A DNA stretch of 62,520 nucleotides from a virus (Duplodnaviria > Caudoviricetes), in IMG/VR virus record IMGVR_UViG_3300015050_000923, positions 1 to 62,520 of that record. One strand, 5' to 3'. Positions within the stretch are counted from its first letter, which is position 1. The number at the start of each line of letters is the position of its first letter. The notes beneath the pieces were generated by a model that was given only the letters and a program-made list of their open reading frames with translations, ran no database searches and was not told where the DNA came from. Positions 17,553-27,997 of this stretch are shown piece by piece. The position numbers were made by a program, and so were the translations under genes.

Positions 17553-18446
17553 ATGGCAGGAGAGCAACTGGAAGTGGACAAGGCAAATACCGAGCAGAAC
17601 AGCACCGGCGGAGCGGAGTCGCAAGTCGACAACGCCGCCGTGAACAAAGACGAGGACGATGATCTCGCCGCTGGTTTCGAGGCAAAGGGCGCTGGTGAAG
17701 CGTCGGAAAAGCCCGAAGTCCAGCCAGGCGCGGCCACGCCGTCTGCCGAGGCTGCAGGTAAACCGGGTCAACCCAGTGGAGAAGCCGCCGCGGCAGAGCC
17801 CGAGTACATGCGCGTGACCCGCGCTGACTGGGAAGCCCTGACCAACCGCGTGGCGGGCGTGGACGAAGTCAAGCGTCAGATGGCCAGCGTGAACGGACGC
17901 ATGGGCGACATCGCCAAGCGCCTGGAAACCGCCGGCCAGGCGATCGAGGTGACAGCCGATGACTTCCCTGAACTGCAACGGGACTTCCCTGAGCTTATAG
18001 AAGCGCAAGTCGCGGGCGTGAACAACGCCCTCAAGAAGGTCCGTGCAGGCGGGGGCGGCATCAGCCAGGAAGTGCTTGAACGTGAGGTTGCCAAGGCAAC
18101 GGAGACAGCGCGCGCAGGCGCGGTGAACCTCCACCTTGACAACATCGTGGACGGCGACTGGACGGCCGAGGTGAAAACCAAGGAATTCCAGGACTTCAAG
18201 GCGGCCAACGCCGAGGTAGCAACGCTGTGTGCATCCCCAGAACCGCGCGACGCCGCCAAGGCATTGCGCAAATGGATGGAGCACAAGACGAAACCCGCAT
18301 CTTCAGCAACACCTGCAGCCAGGACATCCACAAGAACGCAGCAGCTCGCTGCATCCGTCACGCCTCGAGGCTCGTCCGCTGCACCCGCAGCGCGGGCCGA
18401 AAACGACGACGGGTTCAGTGAGGGTTTCAAAACTGGACAAGCATAA
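17553..18446 (+). CDS. Capsid scaffolding protein (putative)
   Basis: Acidic, helical, directly before the major capsid gene. Confidence 0.75.
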   Translation: MAGEQLEVDKANTEQNSTGGAESQVDNAAVNKDEDDDLAAGFEAKGAGEASEKPEVQPGAATPSAEAAGKPGQPSGEAAAAEPEYMRVTRADWEALTNRVAGVDEVKRQMASVNGRMGDIAKRLETAGQAIEVTADDFPELQRDFPELIEAQVAGVNNALKKVRAGGGGISQEVLEREVAKATETARAGAVNLHLDNIVDGDWTAEVKTKEFQDFKAANAEVATLCASPEPRDAAKALRKWMEHKTKPASSATPAARTSTRTQQLAASVTPRGSSAAPAARAENDDGFSEGFKTGQA

Positions 18447-18458
18447 GGAGTCTTCAAA

Positions 18459-19526
18459 ATGACGATGCAAACATTTGGCCTCGCAATTGGCCGGATCAAC
18501 AAGTACAAGGGCGCCATCCTTGCCCACGCGGTTCCGTGTGAAGTTCTGGGCAAAGCAGGCCGCCAGGTCAAGATGCCCAAGAACAACAGCGACACCTACG
18601 TGGCCCGTCGCTGGCTGCCTTACGGCGCCACGGCGACCAACCAGAACACCCAGAACCAGTTCTTCCAGAACGGCACTGGCGACCGCGGCAACGCGATGGT
18701 GCAAGCCAACCTGACCCAGGAGGGCGTCACGCCCACCCCGGACAGCATCACGCCGGTGGACATCACCGTGGTCGTGCAGCAGTACGCCTGCCTGTACGGC
18801 TTCACCGACAAGACCTATGACCTGTACGAGGATGACATCCCCCAGGCCATGATCCAGCAAGTCGGCGAGCGCGTGTCGCTGGTCAACGAGATGATCTGCT
18901 ACGGCGCGCTGAAGGCCAGCACCAACCAGTTCTTCGGCGGCACGGGCACCACCCGCGCGACGGTGAACGGTGGCCTGACCCTGCCGCTGATCCGCAAGAT
19001 CGTCAAGCAGCTGCAGGCCAACCATGCCAAGCCCGTGAACAAGATGCTGTCGGCCTCCGGCAACTTCGGCACCTCGGCTGTCAGCGTGGGCTACACGGTC
19101 TACTGCCACACCGACCTGGAACCGGACATCCGCGACCTGCCGGGCTTCATCCCTGTCGAGAAATACGCATCGGGCACCCCGATGCCGTATGAAATCGGCA
19201 CGGTCGAGCGCATCCGCTTCATCACCTCGCCTGACCTGCCGTCCTACCAGGACGCCGGCGCCGCAGTGGGTGCGACGGGCCTGTACTCGACCAGCGGCAC
19301 CAACGTGGACGTTTACCCGTTCATCGTGATGGGCGAAGACGCATGGTCGCAAATCGCGGTGCGCGGCAAAGAGTCGCTGGACCCGACCTACCTGAAGCCC
19401 GGCGACAAGTCGAAGTCTGACCCCTTCGGTCAGCGCGGCTACGCCGGCACCATCTGGTGGAAGGCCGTGATGATCGAGAACGCTGGCTGGATGGCTGTGG
19501 CCAACGTCGGCGCCAAGGCCCTGTAA
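18459..19526 (+). CDS. Major capsid protein (N4-gp56 family)
   Basis: LTQEGVTP, QYACLYGFTD, YEIG, KSDPFGQRG motifs. Confidence 0.92.
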   Translation: MTMQTFGLAIGRINKYKGAILAHAVPCEVLGKAGRQVKMPKNNSDTYVARRWLPYGATATNQNTQNQFFQNGTGDRGNAMVQANLTQEGVTPTPDSITPVDITVVVQQYACLYGFTDKTYDLYEDDIPQAMIQQVGERVSLVNEMICYGALKASTNQFFGGTGTTRATVNGGLTLPLIRKIVKQLQANHAKPVNKMLSASGNFGTSAVSVGYTVYCHTDLEPDIRDLPGFIPVEKYASGTPMPYEIGTVERIRFITSPDLPSYQDAGAAVGATGLYSTSGTNVDVYPFIVMGEDAWSQIAVRGKESLDPTYLKPGDKSKSDPFGQRGYAGTIWWKAVMIENAGWMAVANVGAKAL

Positions 19527-19538
19527 GGGAGCGACACC

Positions 19539-20063
19539 ATGCAAGGCACCATCGCCCAATACATGCAAGGTGTCTCGGACCCGCTTACCCAAGCGGCTCT
19601 GGGCCCGATGCTCGCCAATATCGCCGACTCGCTGTCTTCGCAGGCACTGAGCCAGGCGGGGCTGGTGATCAACGCCGGCTCGTCGCCGCTCGTGAAAACG
19701 GGCGCGGCCGCAACCGTCGCGATCGCCCAGGGCATCCTCCGCTCCGTGGCGGCTGGCACGGCGCTCCCCGCGCTGTCCGGGCCGGTCATCGCACAGAACA
19801 GCTTCAACATCGCGCTGTTCTACGTCGACCGCAACGGCACGCTTACCACCGCCATGGGCAATGCCGCCACCACCCTCGCGGGTGTGGGCTGGCCTCCTGC
19901 CAATCTGGGAAAAGCGCTGCTGGGCTTCGTGATCATCAATCCGACCGCGGGCACTTTCACTCCCGGCACGACCGCACTGGACGCGGCCGGCGTGAACACG
20001 ACCTACGTGAACACGATCGGCGGCATGGACGCCACGATCCTCACGGGTCTGCAGTCCAGCTAG
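19539..20063 (+). CDS. Putative capsid decoration protein
   Basis: Follows MCP; Ala/Thr/Gly-rich. Confidence 0.6.
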   Translation: MQGTIAQYMQGVSDPLTQAALGPMLANIADSLSSQALSQAGLVINAGSSPLVKTGAAATVAIAQGILRSVAAGTALPALSGPVIAQNSFNIALFYVDRNGTLTTAMGNAATTLAGVGWPPANLGKALLGFVIINPTAGTFTPGTTALDAAGVNTTYVNTIGGMDATILTGLQSS

Positions 20064-20094
20064 CAATTCAACCATCGAAATAAAGGAGTCCAAC

Positions 20095-20595
20095 ATGGAC
20101 AATCTCTCAGCTTATCCCCTCACGCTGGCCCTCGGGCTCAGCAACCTGGCGGCCGGCACGACCACCACCTTCACGACCACCGGCACGCTGGCTTTCGCGA
20201 TCAACAGCATTGCGTACAGCAAAGCTGCTGTGACCAACCAGGCAACGCCCACGCTGGACGCGAACACCGGTCTGGCCTTCAAGCCGCTGCTGTTCCCGTC
20301 CGGTCTGCAGCCCGGTCAGTGCTCGGTGTTTGTCTGGGCGCTCAATGCGGCCGGCACCTACGCCGTGGTGCAGGGCAGCGTGGAAAACCTGGACAGCCAG
20401 GGTGCCGTGGTCATTGCGCCGCAGTACCCCGTCGTGCCCGACACGATGTGCCCGGTGGGCTCCCTGCTGGTTCGCCTTGGCCCCACGGCCGTTGCGAATT
20501 GGACGCTGGGCGTGAACAACCTGTCGAGCGTGACTGGTGTCACCTACACGTTCGCCAGCCTCATCGGCATCCCCGCTCGCCCGCGCGCCAGCTGA
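20095..20595 (+). CDS. Putative capsid decoration protein 2
   Basis: AAGGAG RBS; similar composition to preceding gene. Confidence 0.6.
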   Translation: MDNLSAYPLTLALGLSNLAAGTTTTFTTTGTLAFAINSIAYSKAAVTNQATPTLDANTGLAFKPLLFPSGLQPGQCSVFVWALNAAGTYAVVQGSVENLDSQGAVVIAPQYPVVPDTMCPVGSLLVRLGPTAVANWTLGVNNLSSVTGVTYTFASLIGIPARPRAS

Positions 20596-20603
20596 TGACG
20601 TGA

Positions 20604-20633
20604 GGGCCCCGGGAATTGCTCTCGGGGCCTTTT
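20604..20633 (+). terminator. Intrinsic terminator after capsid genes
   Basis: GGCCCCGGG...CTCGGGGCCTTTT. Confidence 0.7.
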
Positions 20634-20660
20634 CTCCCATTCTCCCACTGGAAGGAAATC

Positions 20661-21311
20661 ATGACAGTTGCTCTCACCCCCGCACAAAAACAGGCGAAGA
20701 AAGAGGCCAAGCGCCTGCTCGCCGCAACCCAACATGGCAGCAACGCCCCCGTGCGCCGCGCCGCCCACACGCCCGTGGCAAACGTCACCGGCACCCCCGA
20801 ATTGCACACCGGCGACATGGCGCTGGGCAAGCTGCCATCCGTCGACATCGGCATGGACGTTGACCTGGCCGCCGCCCGGAAAACCGTGATCGAGCCGGCA
20901 GATGCCACGGCCCTGGACAAGGACAACCTGGAGGGTCTGGCTTTCGCTGAACAAGGCGTCAAGATCATCATCGCCAAGTCGCAGGAAAAGAATGCGGCTT
21001 CGACCGTGTATTGCTCTGTGAACGGCAAGGGCGCCGAGTGCTGGGATGAAAACCGCCGCCGCTGGTTTGAACTGGCATGGCTGCCAGTGGACCGCCTGAT
21101 CATCGTCAAGCGCAAATACGTCGAAGTCCTGATGCGCGCCCGCAAGATCGACATCCAGACCGATGTCGGCTCGACGAACGACGAGAACCCGCACAACCGC
21201 GTGATCCGCAACACCCAGCAGGTCAACGGCGTTTCCATCATGGGCGACACCAACCCCGACATGGGCAAGGTCGCCGAGTGGGCGCGCCGCATCATGACCG
21301 AATCTCTCTAA
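20661..21311 (+). CDS. Hypothetical virion-module protein
   Basis: GAAGGA RBS; VNG...VKRKYVEVL motif. Confidence 0.75.
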   Translation: MTVALTPAQKQAKKEAKRLLAATQHGSNAPVRRAAHTPVANVTGTPELHTGDMALGKLPSVDIGMDVDLAAARKTVIEPADATALDKDNLEGLAFAEQGVKIIIAKSQEKNAASTVYCSVNGKGAECWDENRRRWFELAWLPVDRLIIVKRKYVEVLMRARKIDIQTDVGSTNDENPHNRVIRNTQQVNGVSIMGDTNPDMGKVAEWARRIMTESL

Positions 21312-21326
21312 GCCGGGAGAGCCGCG

Positions 21327-22061
21327 ATGAACTTCCTCGAAATCGTCCAACGCGCAAGGCGCAAGTGCCGGATCGTCGGTGTCGGCGCCACGCCTACGGC
21401 CGTCACCGGGCAAAACGAGGAATACTCGCGGTTAATTGACTGGTGCAATGAAGCCTGGATGGAGATCCAGCTTCACCAGCCCGACTGGTACTGGATGCGT
21501 CGCCGGCTTCTGTTCCCCACGGTGGACGGCCAGCCGCTGTACACCCTGGCCGACCTCGCGCTGAACGGTGTCGTGTACGACGCGCAGGGCGCCGCCAGCC
21601 CGTTCACGGCGGCCACGTTCGGCAACTGGGCGCCGGACCAGTTCCGCTGCAACACCACGGCAACTGGTTTTGCTGACGAGCAGATGATGGACTGGATCCC
21701 GAACTTCGATGCGTGGCGGGACAGCTACTTGCTGGGCAACATGCGCGAGACGAGGACGCGGCCAACCGTCTACACCATCGGCCCCGGGCTCAGCGTCGGC
21801 CTGGGCTTCACACCGCTGGCCGGCTACACCATCGGCGGCAGCTTCTACCTGAAGGCCAGCGAGATGGTGCTGGCGACGGACATCCCGGCGCTGCCGACCG
21901 AGTGGCACATGGCCATTGTCTACAAAACCATGATGCTGTACGGCGCCAGCGAGTCGGCTCCCGAGGTCTATGACGACGGCGAGAACTGGTACCGGGACTT
22001 CCTCTCTCGCATGCTGAACCAGCAGCTGCCCATGGTCGAAACCGCTCCGGCGCTCGCGTAA
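21327..22061 (+). CDS. Head-tail adaptor protein
   Basis: MNFLEIVQR, NEAW.EI, W.WMR, P.LP.EWH.AIVY. Confidence 0.75.
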   Translation: MNFLEIVQRARRKCRIVGVGATPTAVTGQNEEYSRLIDWCNEAWMEIQLHQPDWYWMRRRLLFPTVDGQPLYTLADLALNGVVYDAQGAASPFTAATFGNWAPDQFRCNTTATGFADEQMMDWIPNFDAWRDSYLLGNMRETRTRPTVYTIGPGLSVGLGFTPLAGYTIGGSFYLKASEMVLATDIPALPTEWHMAIVYKTMMLYGASESAPEVYDDGENWYRDFLSRMLNQQLPMVETAPALA

Positions 22062-24142
22062 TGGCAAAACCGACCCGCACCACGCGCCGCCCGCGCTTTC
22101 GCCCGACACAGGCGGATTACTTCATGTTCGGAGGCGGACTGGACTTGCTCACGCCGGCCGTGAAACTGCCCGCCGGCGCGGCGATCAGTGCGCTGAACTA
22201 CGAACCACAGATCGAGGGCGGGTACAGGCGGATCAACGGCTTCGAGCGCTACGACGGCCACCCCAGCCCGAGCGAAGCGATTTATTTCACCGTGGGCATC
22301 AACCTGACAGGGGCGCTGGACGACGGCGACACCGTGACCGGGCAGACCAGTGGCGCGACCGGCCGAGTGTTGGCTGTTGCCGCAGAGGTGCTTGTGCTGG
22401 GCCGGGTGTCTGGCTCCTTCCAGGCCGGCGAGAACCTGCAAGTATCCGGCCTGACAGAGGCCGTGGCCACGACTGCCTCTGCATTGCAGGGAGCCGCCTC
22501 CCGCGAGCTGGATGCCGAATACCTGTACCTGGCCGCCGAGGACTTGCGGCAGGACATCCTGGCCGTCCCCGGCAGCGGCCAGGTGCGCGGTGTGTTCCGG
22601 TACAAGGGGATCGTCTACGCGATGCGTGACAATCTGGGCGTGACAGCCGGCGATATGTGGAAGTCAACGGCGGCCGGCTGGGTGCAAGTTCCATTCGGCA
22701 CAGAGATCCAGTTCACCGGCGCCGTCGGCCAGATATTCGATGGCGACACCATCACCGGCCTGACAAGCGGCGCGACGGCCACTGTGACCCGCGCCATGCT
22801 GCGCACCGGGACGTGGACGGTCGCCGGCGTCGGCACGCTGATCCTCTCCAGTGTGGTGGGCGTCTTCCAGAACGGCGAGGCCCTGCGGGTGGGCGGCGTG
22901 ACCAAAGTGACCAGCTCATCGCTGGCGACTGCCATCGCCCGGCTGCCTGGTGGCCGCGTCGAGGCCAAGCTGGCGAACTTCACGGGCAGCGCATCCACAA
23001 AGCGCATCTACGGCGCCGACGGCGTGAACTTCGGATTCGAGTTCGACGGCACCAACTACATCCCGATCCGCACCGGGATGGCCGTGGACACGCCGCTCCA
23101 CGTGGCCGAGCACAAGTACCACCTGTTTTTCAGCTTCCAGGCCAGTCTGCAGAACAGCTCGCCCGCTGCCCCGTATGCGTGGACAGCCGTTACCGGCGCC
23201 GCAGAGTTTGCCACCGGCGACAACATCACGGGCATCCTGACCCAAGGCGGCAACAGCGACACGTCATCCCTCGCGGTTTTCACACAGGGCCGGACCTACA
23301 TGCTGTACGGCACCAGCATCGCCAACTTCAAGTTGATCAGCACCGTGGACGACATCGGCTGCTACGACTACATGGCCCAGCCCATCGGCAACGACCAGCT
23401 GTCCCTGAACAACCGCGGCATCCAGCGCCTGCAGACCACGCTGAACTACGGCAACTTCCTGTACGCCAGCGTCTCGCAGAAGATCCAGCCGTTGATCACG
23501 GCCAGCCGCGGCAAGCAGACTGAGTCGGTGTCCCTGCGCACGCGCAACCAGTACCGCAATTATTTCAGCGACGGCTCTGTCATCGTGGTGGGCCTGACCG
23601 GCGACAAGATCAGTGCGCTGATGCCCCTGGACTATGGCCTGGCTGTGCGCTGCATGTGGACCGAGGACGACGAAACCGAGCAGGACGAGCAGACCTTCTT
23701 CGGCAGCGACGACGGCTTTGTCTACCAGGACAACGTGGGCACCAGCTTTGACGGCGCCGACATCCCGGCCTGGATCCGGCTGTCGTTCAACTTCCAGAAA
23801 AACCCGCGCATGCGCAAGCAGTACCGCGCCGCTGTTGTCGACCTGGTGAGCGAAGGCTTCTCGAAGATCCGGGTGAACTACGACCTCGGCTACGGCACGC
23901 CTGAAGTCGCGCAGGGCACTGGCGTCATCGAGCAGCAGCTGCTGGCGGCCGGCGGTTATTGGGATCAGTTCATCTGGGACGAATTCACATGGGACGCCCA
24001 GGCCGTCAACAACCCGCGCATCGCCATCGACGGCATCGAGAAAAACATCTCGATCGTCTTCTTCAGCGAACGCCATCAGGACGATCCGCACACGCTCCAG
24101 GGCAGCAACATGCTCTTTACCCCGACGCGCCTTGAAAGGTAG
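22061..24142 (+). CDS. Tail nozzle/tubular protein
   Basis: FGGGLDL, GGYRRINGF, WDQFIWD; 693 aa after the adaptor. Confidence 0.72.
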   Translation: MAKPTRTTRRPRFRPTQADYFMFGGGLDLLTPAVKLPAGAAISALNYEPQIEGGYRRINGFERYDGHPSPSEAIYFTVGINLTGALDDGDTVTGQTSGATGRVLAVAAEVLVLGRVSGSFQAGENLQVSGLTEAVATTASALQGAASRELDAEYLYLAAEDLRQDILAVPGSGQVRGVFRYKGIVYAMRDNLGVTAGDMWKSTAAGWVQVPFGTEIQFTGAVGQIFDGDTITGLTSGATATVTRAMLRTGTWTVAGVGTLILSSVVGVFQNGEALRVGGVTKVTSSSLATAIARLPGGRVEAKLANFTGSASTKRIYGADGVNFGFEFDGTNYIPIRTGMAVDTPLHVAEHKYHLFFSFQASLQNSSPAAPYAWTAVTGAAEFATGDNITGILTQGGNSDTSSLAVFTQGRTYMLYGTSIANFKLISTVDDIGCYDYMAQPIGNDQLSLNNRGIQRLQTTLNYGNFLYASVSQKIQPLITASRGKQTESVSLRTRNQYRNYFSDGSVIVVGLTGDKISALMPLDYGLAVRCMWTEDDETEQDEQTFFGSDDGFVYQDNVGTSFDGADIPAWIRLSFNFQKNPRMRKQYRAAVVDLVSEGFSKIRVNYDLGYGTPEVAQGTGVIEQQLLAAGGYWDQFIWDEFTWDAQAVNNPRIAIDGIEKNISIVFFSERHQDDPHTLQGSNMLFTPTRLER

Positions 24143-24147
24143 ACACG

Positions 24148-25359
24148 ATGGCTTACTACACAGCAACCGGGAATCCAGGCACGCAGACAAGCGGCCGCTC
24201 GGGCACGATCCGGGAAGAATTCCTCCTGATTCAGGAGGGCTTCGGGCAGGCATCAAACGACATCCAGGCGCTTGCCGCCGCCGTTGGTATCGGCGTGGCG
24301 ACCACCGAAAACGACATCGCATCGGCGACTGTCACTGACATCGGTAACGGCCTGGGCAACGTCCTGCGCATCACTGGCACGAATGCCATCAACAGCTTCG
24401 GTGCGAATTACACCGGCGCCAAGCAACTGCGCTTCGCCGGCATTCTGACGCTGCTGAACAATCCAGCGCTGCTGCTGCCGGGCGGTGCCAACATCACGAC
24501 TGAGCCCGACGATGTTTGTATTGCTGTACCCATCGGGAACCCGGCGAACGGGTGGCGCGTCTTGGCCTATTGCAGGATGAGCGAGGCTTTGCTGGAAGAC
24601 GATGCCGTGCGCAAGTCTGACGCCGGGGCTCAAGTGGTGGCGGGCACGCTTCAGTCCGCAGGCTTTATCGGGAATCTGGTGGGCAATGTGAGCGGGACTG
24701 CGACCAATGTCACGGGCACCGTTGGGATCGCCAATGGCGGGACCGGTGCGACCACAGCAGCCACAGCGCGCGGGGCACTGGGGGCTGCTGCATCCGGCGC
24801 AAACGCCGACATTACATCGCTGACGGCCCTTGCTGTAGGGGGGCTGCCCAACGGCTCGGTTACGCCCGCAGATCTTTCGCAGCCACTGACTAGTGGTACG
24901 GCAGTGGCAGCCACCGGAACGTCGGTTGACTTCACCGGGATTCCTTCGTGGGTGAAGCGTATCACTATGATGCTCGATGTTGTTAGTACGAATGGATCTT
25001 CTTTGTTGAGGGTTCGCATCGGGCCAACTGGTGGAGTTGAAACAACAGGGTACGTTGGGGCCAGTGGAGTAACCGCGGGCACATCAACTAGTGCTACTTT
25101 TTCGAGCGGCTTCGACATTGCATCAAACAATGCCGCGACCACTACTCAGCAGGGTATTTTTACACTGGCCCTCATAAATAGCGCAACAAACACTTGGGTT
25201 GCCTCATGGACGATCGGCAACGCCGTTAACTCGGCCGTAGGCGTAGGCGGGGGCGCGAAACCATTGGCCGGTGTACTTGCAAGACTCAGCCTCACCACCG
25301 TCAACGGCACAGATACCTTCGACGGTTCTGGCGTTATCAACATTCTGTACGAGGGCTGA
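24148..25359 (+). CDS. Tail fibre protein
   Basis: GTVGIANGGTGATTA...GANADITSL fibre repeat; lower-GC C-terminal domain. Confidence 0.8.
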   Translation: MAYYTATGNPGTQTSGRSGTIREEFLLIQEGFGQASNDIQALAAAVGIGVATTENDIASATVTDIGNGLGNVLRITGTNAINSFGANYTGAKQLRFAGILTLLNNPALLLPGGANITTEPDDVCIAVPIGNPANGWRVLAYCRMSEALLEDDAVRKSDAGAQVVAGTLQSAGFIGNLVGNVSGTATNVTGTVGIANGGTGATTAATARGALGAAASGANADITSLTALAVGGLPNGSVTPADLSQPLTSGTAVAATGTSVDFTGIPSWVKRITMMLDVVSTNGSSLLRVRIGPTGGVETTGYVGASGVTAGTSTSATFSSGFDIASNNAATTTQQGIFTLALINSATNTWVASWTIGNAVNSAVGVGGGAKPLAGVLARLSLTTVNGTDTFDGSGVINILYEG

Positions 25360-25360
25360 C

Positions 25361-26653
25361 ATGAACGCCAATCCATCCCAAGTAGCTCAGGAAATTCTGA
25401 ACGTCATCCTGTCGGAGGGCCTTGTCCTTGATGGTGAAGACCAAACGCAATTGCTGGAAGCCATCGAGGCGAAGATCGCCCGAATAACAAAGGGCGACCC
25501 GGGGGCCGATGGGGCGCCGGGTGGAGATATTCCCGTGCCTGCATGGATGCCGACAAACGAGCAGGTCGGCGCAGGCTGGCCCGCGTTCCAATCGGCCCTT
25601 TTAGCCATGCAGGCCAAGTGCGCGCAATTGCCAAAAGCAACATGCGGCAAAGTCAATCTTGCAACAGCAAATTCATCCGGAACAAACCTGATATCCGCCT
25701 CGCTGTCTTTACCGGAGGGTCGTGTATACGGCACGCCGCACAGCACGGAATACTCGCGCACCTTTGATGTTCACTCGCTGCAAATGGGGGCGCAAGCTCC
25801 CAGCCTCGGCGCTGGTACAGCGAGGTCGAATGGCTCCGTTCTTTTCCCTGATGGGGAAATACTAGCCGTGCCTGGCAACTCGACAACTTGCACCGTGCTG
25901 GACCCGGCGACGGAAACCGGGCGCGTGCTTTCCGCATCATTCCCCGGCAATTTTGCCTACCTCGGCGGTGCGCTGTGGGTTGACGGCGAAAGCGCGCTAC
26001 TTGCCCCGCATGGCGCCCGACATGCCCGGCTGATCAACAAGCGCACTGGAGTGGCAACCGATCTGACCGCCTACACCTTCACCGGCCTGTACGCCTGTGC
26101 TGGTGTTCGTCGTGTTGCCGCCACTGGTGAATATCTGTTCGTGCCGCACTACCACAACAAGTTTGTGCTGCTGAATCCCGACACGATGACCTTTCGGGAG
26201 TTGACTTACACGAATACCGTCCTTGATGCCTATCTTTCGGCTGTCAACTTGAACGATGGGCGTTTGTATGTAGCGGCACACTGGGCTCCGTGTTCGCTAA
26301 TCGTGGACGTGGTGAACGACACGGTTGTAAACACGCTTCCACCATCCGGCCCCGGCTACATCGCACCACCGACACAGGCTAATTTCCGGTCGTGCATCCG
26401 ACTGCCTGACGGTCGCGTCTTGCTGATCCCGTTCAAGCACACGAAAGCATGGGTTTATACCCCGGAAACCAATCAGCACACCCAATGCCCTGGAACTTAT
26501 GCGTTCGGTGATGTTGGCAGCGGTGCATTAACGATGGATGGCGATGCGATCCTGATGCCATGGAATGGCGGGTACACCTATAAATTGTCGTGCGGCTACG
26601 GGTGCAAGGTTGACCCGCAGATCGTCACCAGCCCGCTATTCAACGGCTTGTAA
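25361..26653 (+). CDS. Second receptor-binding protein with beta-propeller-like repeats
   Basis: QEILNVI...QLLEAI fibre-type N-terminus, GDPGADGAPG collagen triplets, (L/F)(P/N)DG(R/E) repeats. Confidence 0.65.
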   Translation: MNANPSQVAQEILNVILSEGLVLDGEDQTQLLEAIEAKIARITKGDPGADGAPGGDIPVPAWMPTNEQVGAGWPAFQSALLAMQAKCAQLPKATCGKVNLATANSSGTNLISASLSLPEGRVYGTPHSTEYSRTFDVHSLQMGAQAPSLGAGTARSNGSVLFPDGEILAVPGNSTTCTVLDPATETGRVLSASFPGNFAYLGGALWVDGESALLAPHGARHARLINKRTGVATDLTAYTFTGLYACAGVRRVAATGEYLFVPHYHNKFVLLNPDTMTFRELTYTNTVLDAYLSAVNLNDGRLYVAAHWAPCSLIVDVVNDTVVNTLPPSGPGYIAPPTQANFRSCIRLPDGRVLLIPFKHTKAWVYTPETNQHTQCPGTYAFGDVGSGALTMDGDAILMPWNGGYTYKLSCGYGCKVDPQIVTSPLFNGL

Positions 26654-26674
26654 CTCACCGATAAGGACCCAACC

Positions 26675-27040
26675 GTGAACGATTCCACCATCCCCTTCGT
26701 CGTGACCGGCGCGCTGACCGCAGCGCTGGGCCCGATCCTGGGCCCCTACGCCCTCATCGTGTTCGGCGCCGTCGTTGGCAGCATCTTGGCCATGAGCCGC
26801 ACGCCCACCGCCACCCGCATGGACGGTCTGAAATTCATCGGCATCGGCGTGCTGGTTGCCCTGGTGATCACCGGCGCCTGTGTCTGGGCCCTTGAAAAGT
26901 ATCTGGGCATACCCGGAAACATCGCGCTGATGCCGCTGTCCTTCGTCATCGGTGCGTCCCGCAACTCTCTGCTGGGCTTGATCGACAAGCTGTTCGACGG
27001 CCTGGCAGCCATCCTGAACTCAAGGGGGAATCGATCATGA
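26675..27040 (+). CDS. Holin-like membrane protein
   Basis: Several TM segments, start of the lysis cassette. Confidence 0.65.
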   Translation: MNDSTIPFVVTGALTAALGPILGPYALIVFGAVVGSILAMSRTPTATRMDGLKFIGIGVLVALVITGACVWALEKYLGIPGNIALMPLSFVIGASRNSLLGLIDKLFDGLAAILNSRGNRS

Positions 27041-27345
27041 CAATTCTGGTGTTCGTGCAAATGATCTGCGCTGCCGCCTTGGCCTGGTCCTGCTTTTGCC
27101 GGCTGGTGCGCGTCGACCTCGAAACCCACCGCGAGATCCGGCTGACCATCTGGTTCGAGGGCGTGGTGGCCGGCTTGGTGTTCGGCGCCCCGATTTTACC
27201 GCTGATGGTCCCCGAAATCTCCTGGGCACCCTGGACCACGCCGCGGTGGATATGGCTGATCCTTCTGGCTGCCGCCACCTTGATCCAGCTCGCCACTTCC
27301 AAATTCTGGCGGTACGGCGTGCCGCAAGACTTCCAGAGGTTCTGA
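27037..27345 (+). CDS. Second holin-like membrane protein
   Basis: Three hydrophobic segments, SCFCRL motif. Confidence 0.6.
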   Translation: MTILVFVQMICAAALAWSCFCRLVRVDLETHREIRLTIWFEGVVAGLVFGAPILPLMVPEISWAPWTTPRWIWLILLAAATLIQLATSKFWRYGVPQDFQRF

Positions 27346-27347
27346 TC

Positions 27348-27551
27348 ATGAAAACAGCACTGATCCTTGCATCCGCGTTGTCCGCCGCTCCGGCCCAGCC
27401 CGTCCGCGTGGCATCCGTAGCGCCCGGCGAAGTGGTCGGCTGCGCTGCACCCGAGGGCTGCATCATCCTGACGAAATCGGCGATGCAGCAGTTCATCCGC
27501 GACCTCGAGCGGGAAACCATGAAGTCCTGCCAGAAAGGCGGTTCGGTATGA
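27348..27551 (+). CDS. Small exported hypothetical protein
   Basis: MKTALILASALS signal-like N-terminus. Confidence 0.55.
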   Translation: MKTALILASALSAAPAQPVRVASVAPGEVVGCAAPEGCIILTKSAMQQFIRDLERETMKSCQKGGSV

Positions 27552-27997
27552 ATCTGTCCCCCCACTTCACGCTGGAAGAATTCACCGCCAGCGACACCGC
27601 CGCCCGCCACGGGCTGGACAACAGTGTGCCGGCCGACCTGATGCCCAACGCCATCGCCGCCGCGGCCATGATGGAGAGGATCCGCGACGCATTGGGCGGC
27701 AAACCCATCATCGTGACGAGCGGCTACCGTGCGCCGGCCGTGAACAAGGCTGTGGGCAGCGGCCCCGGCAGCGACCACCCCAAGGCGATGGCGTTCGACT
27801 TCAAATGCCCGGCTTTCGGCACGCCATACGCCATCTGCCAGCACCTGGCGCCGCTGGTCAGCGTCCTGGACATCGGCCAGCTGATCCACGAGTACGGCCG
27901 CTGGGTGCACGTGTCGACCCGGACACCGGACAAGCTGCTGAACCGCATCATCACCATCAGCGACGCCGGCACCGAAGTCGGGATCCACCGCGTATGA
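27548..27997 (+). CDS. Endolysin, peptidase M15A family
   Basis: LSPHFTLEE, VTSGYR, SDH...AFD, WVHVS. Confidence 0.92.
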   Translation: MNLSPHFTLEEFTASDTAARHGLDNSVPADLMPNAIAAAAMMERIRDALGGKPIIVTSGYRAPAVNKAVGSGPGSDHPKAMAFDFKCPAFGTPYAICQHLAPLVSVLDIGQLIHEYGRWVHVSTRTPDKLLNRIITISDAGTEVGIHRV

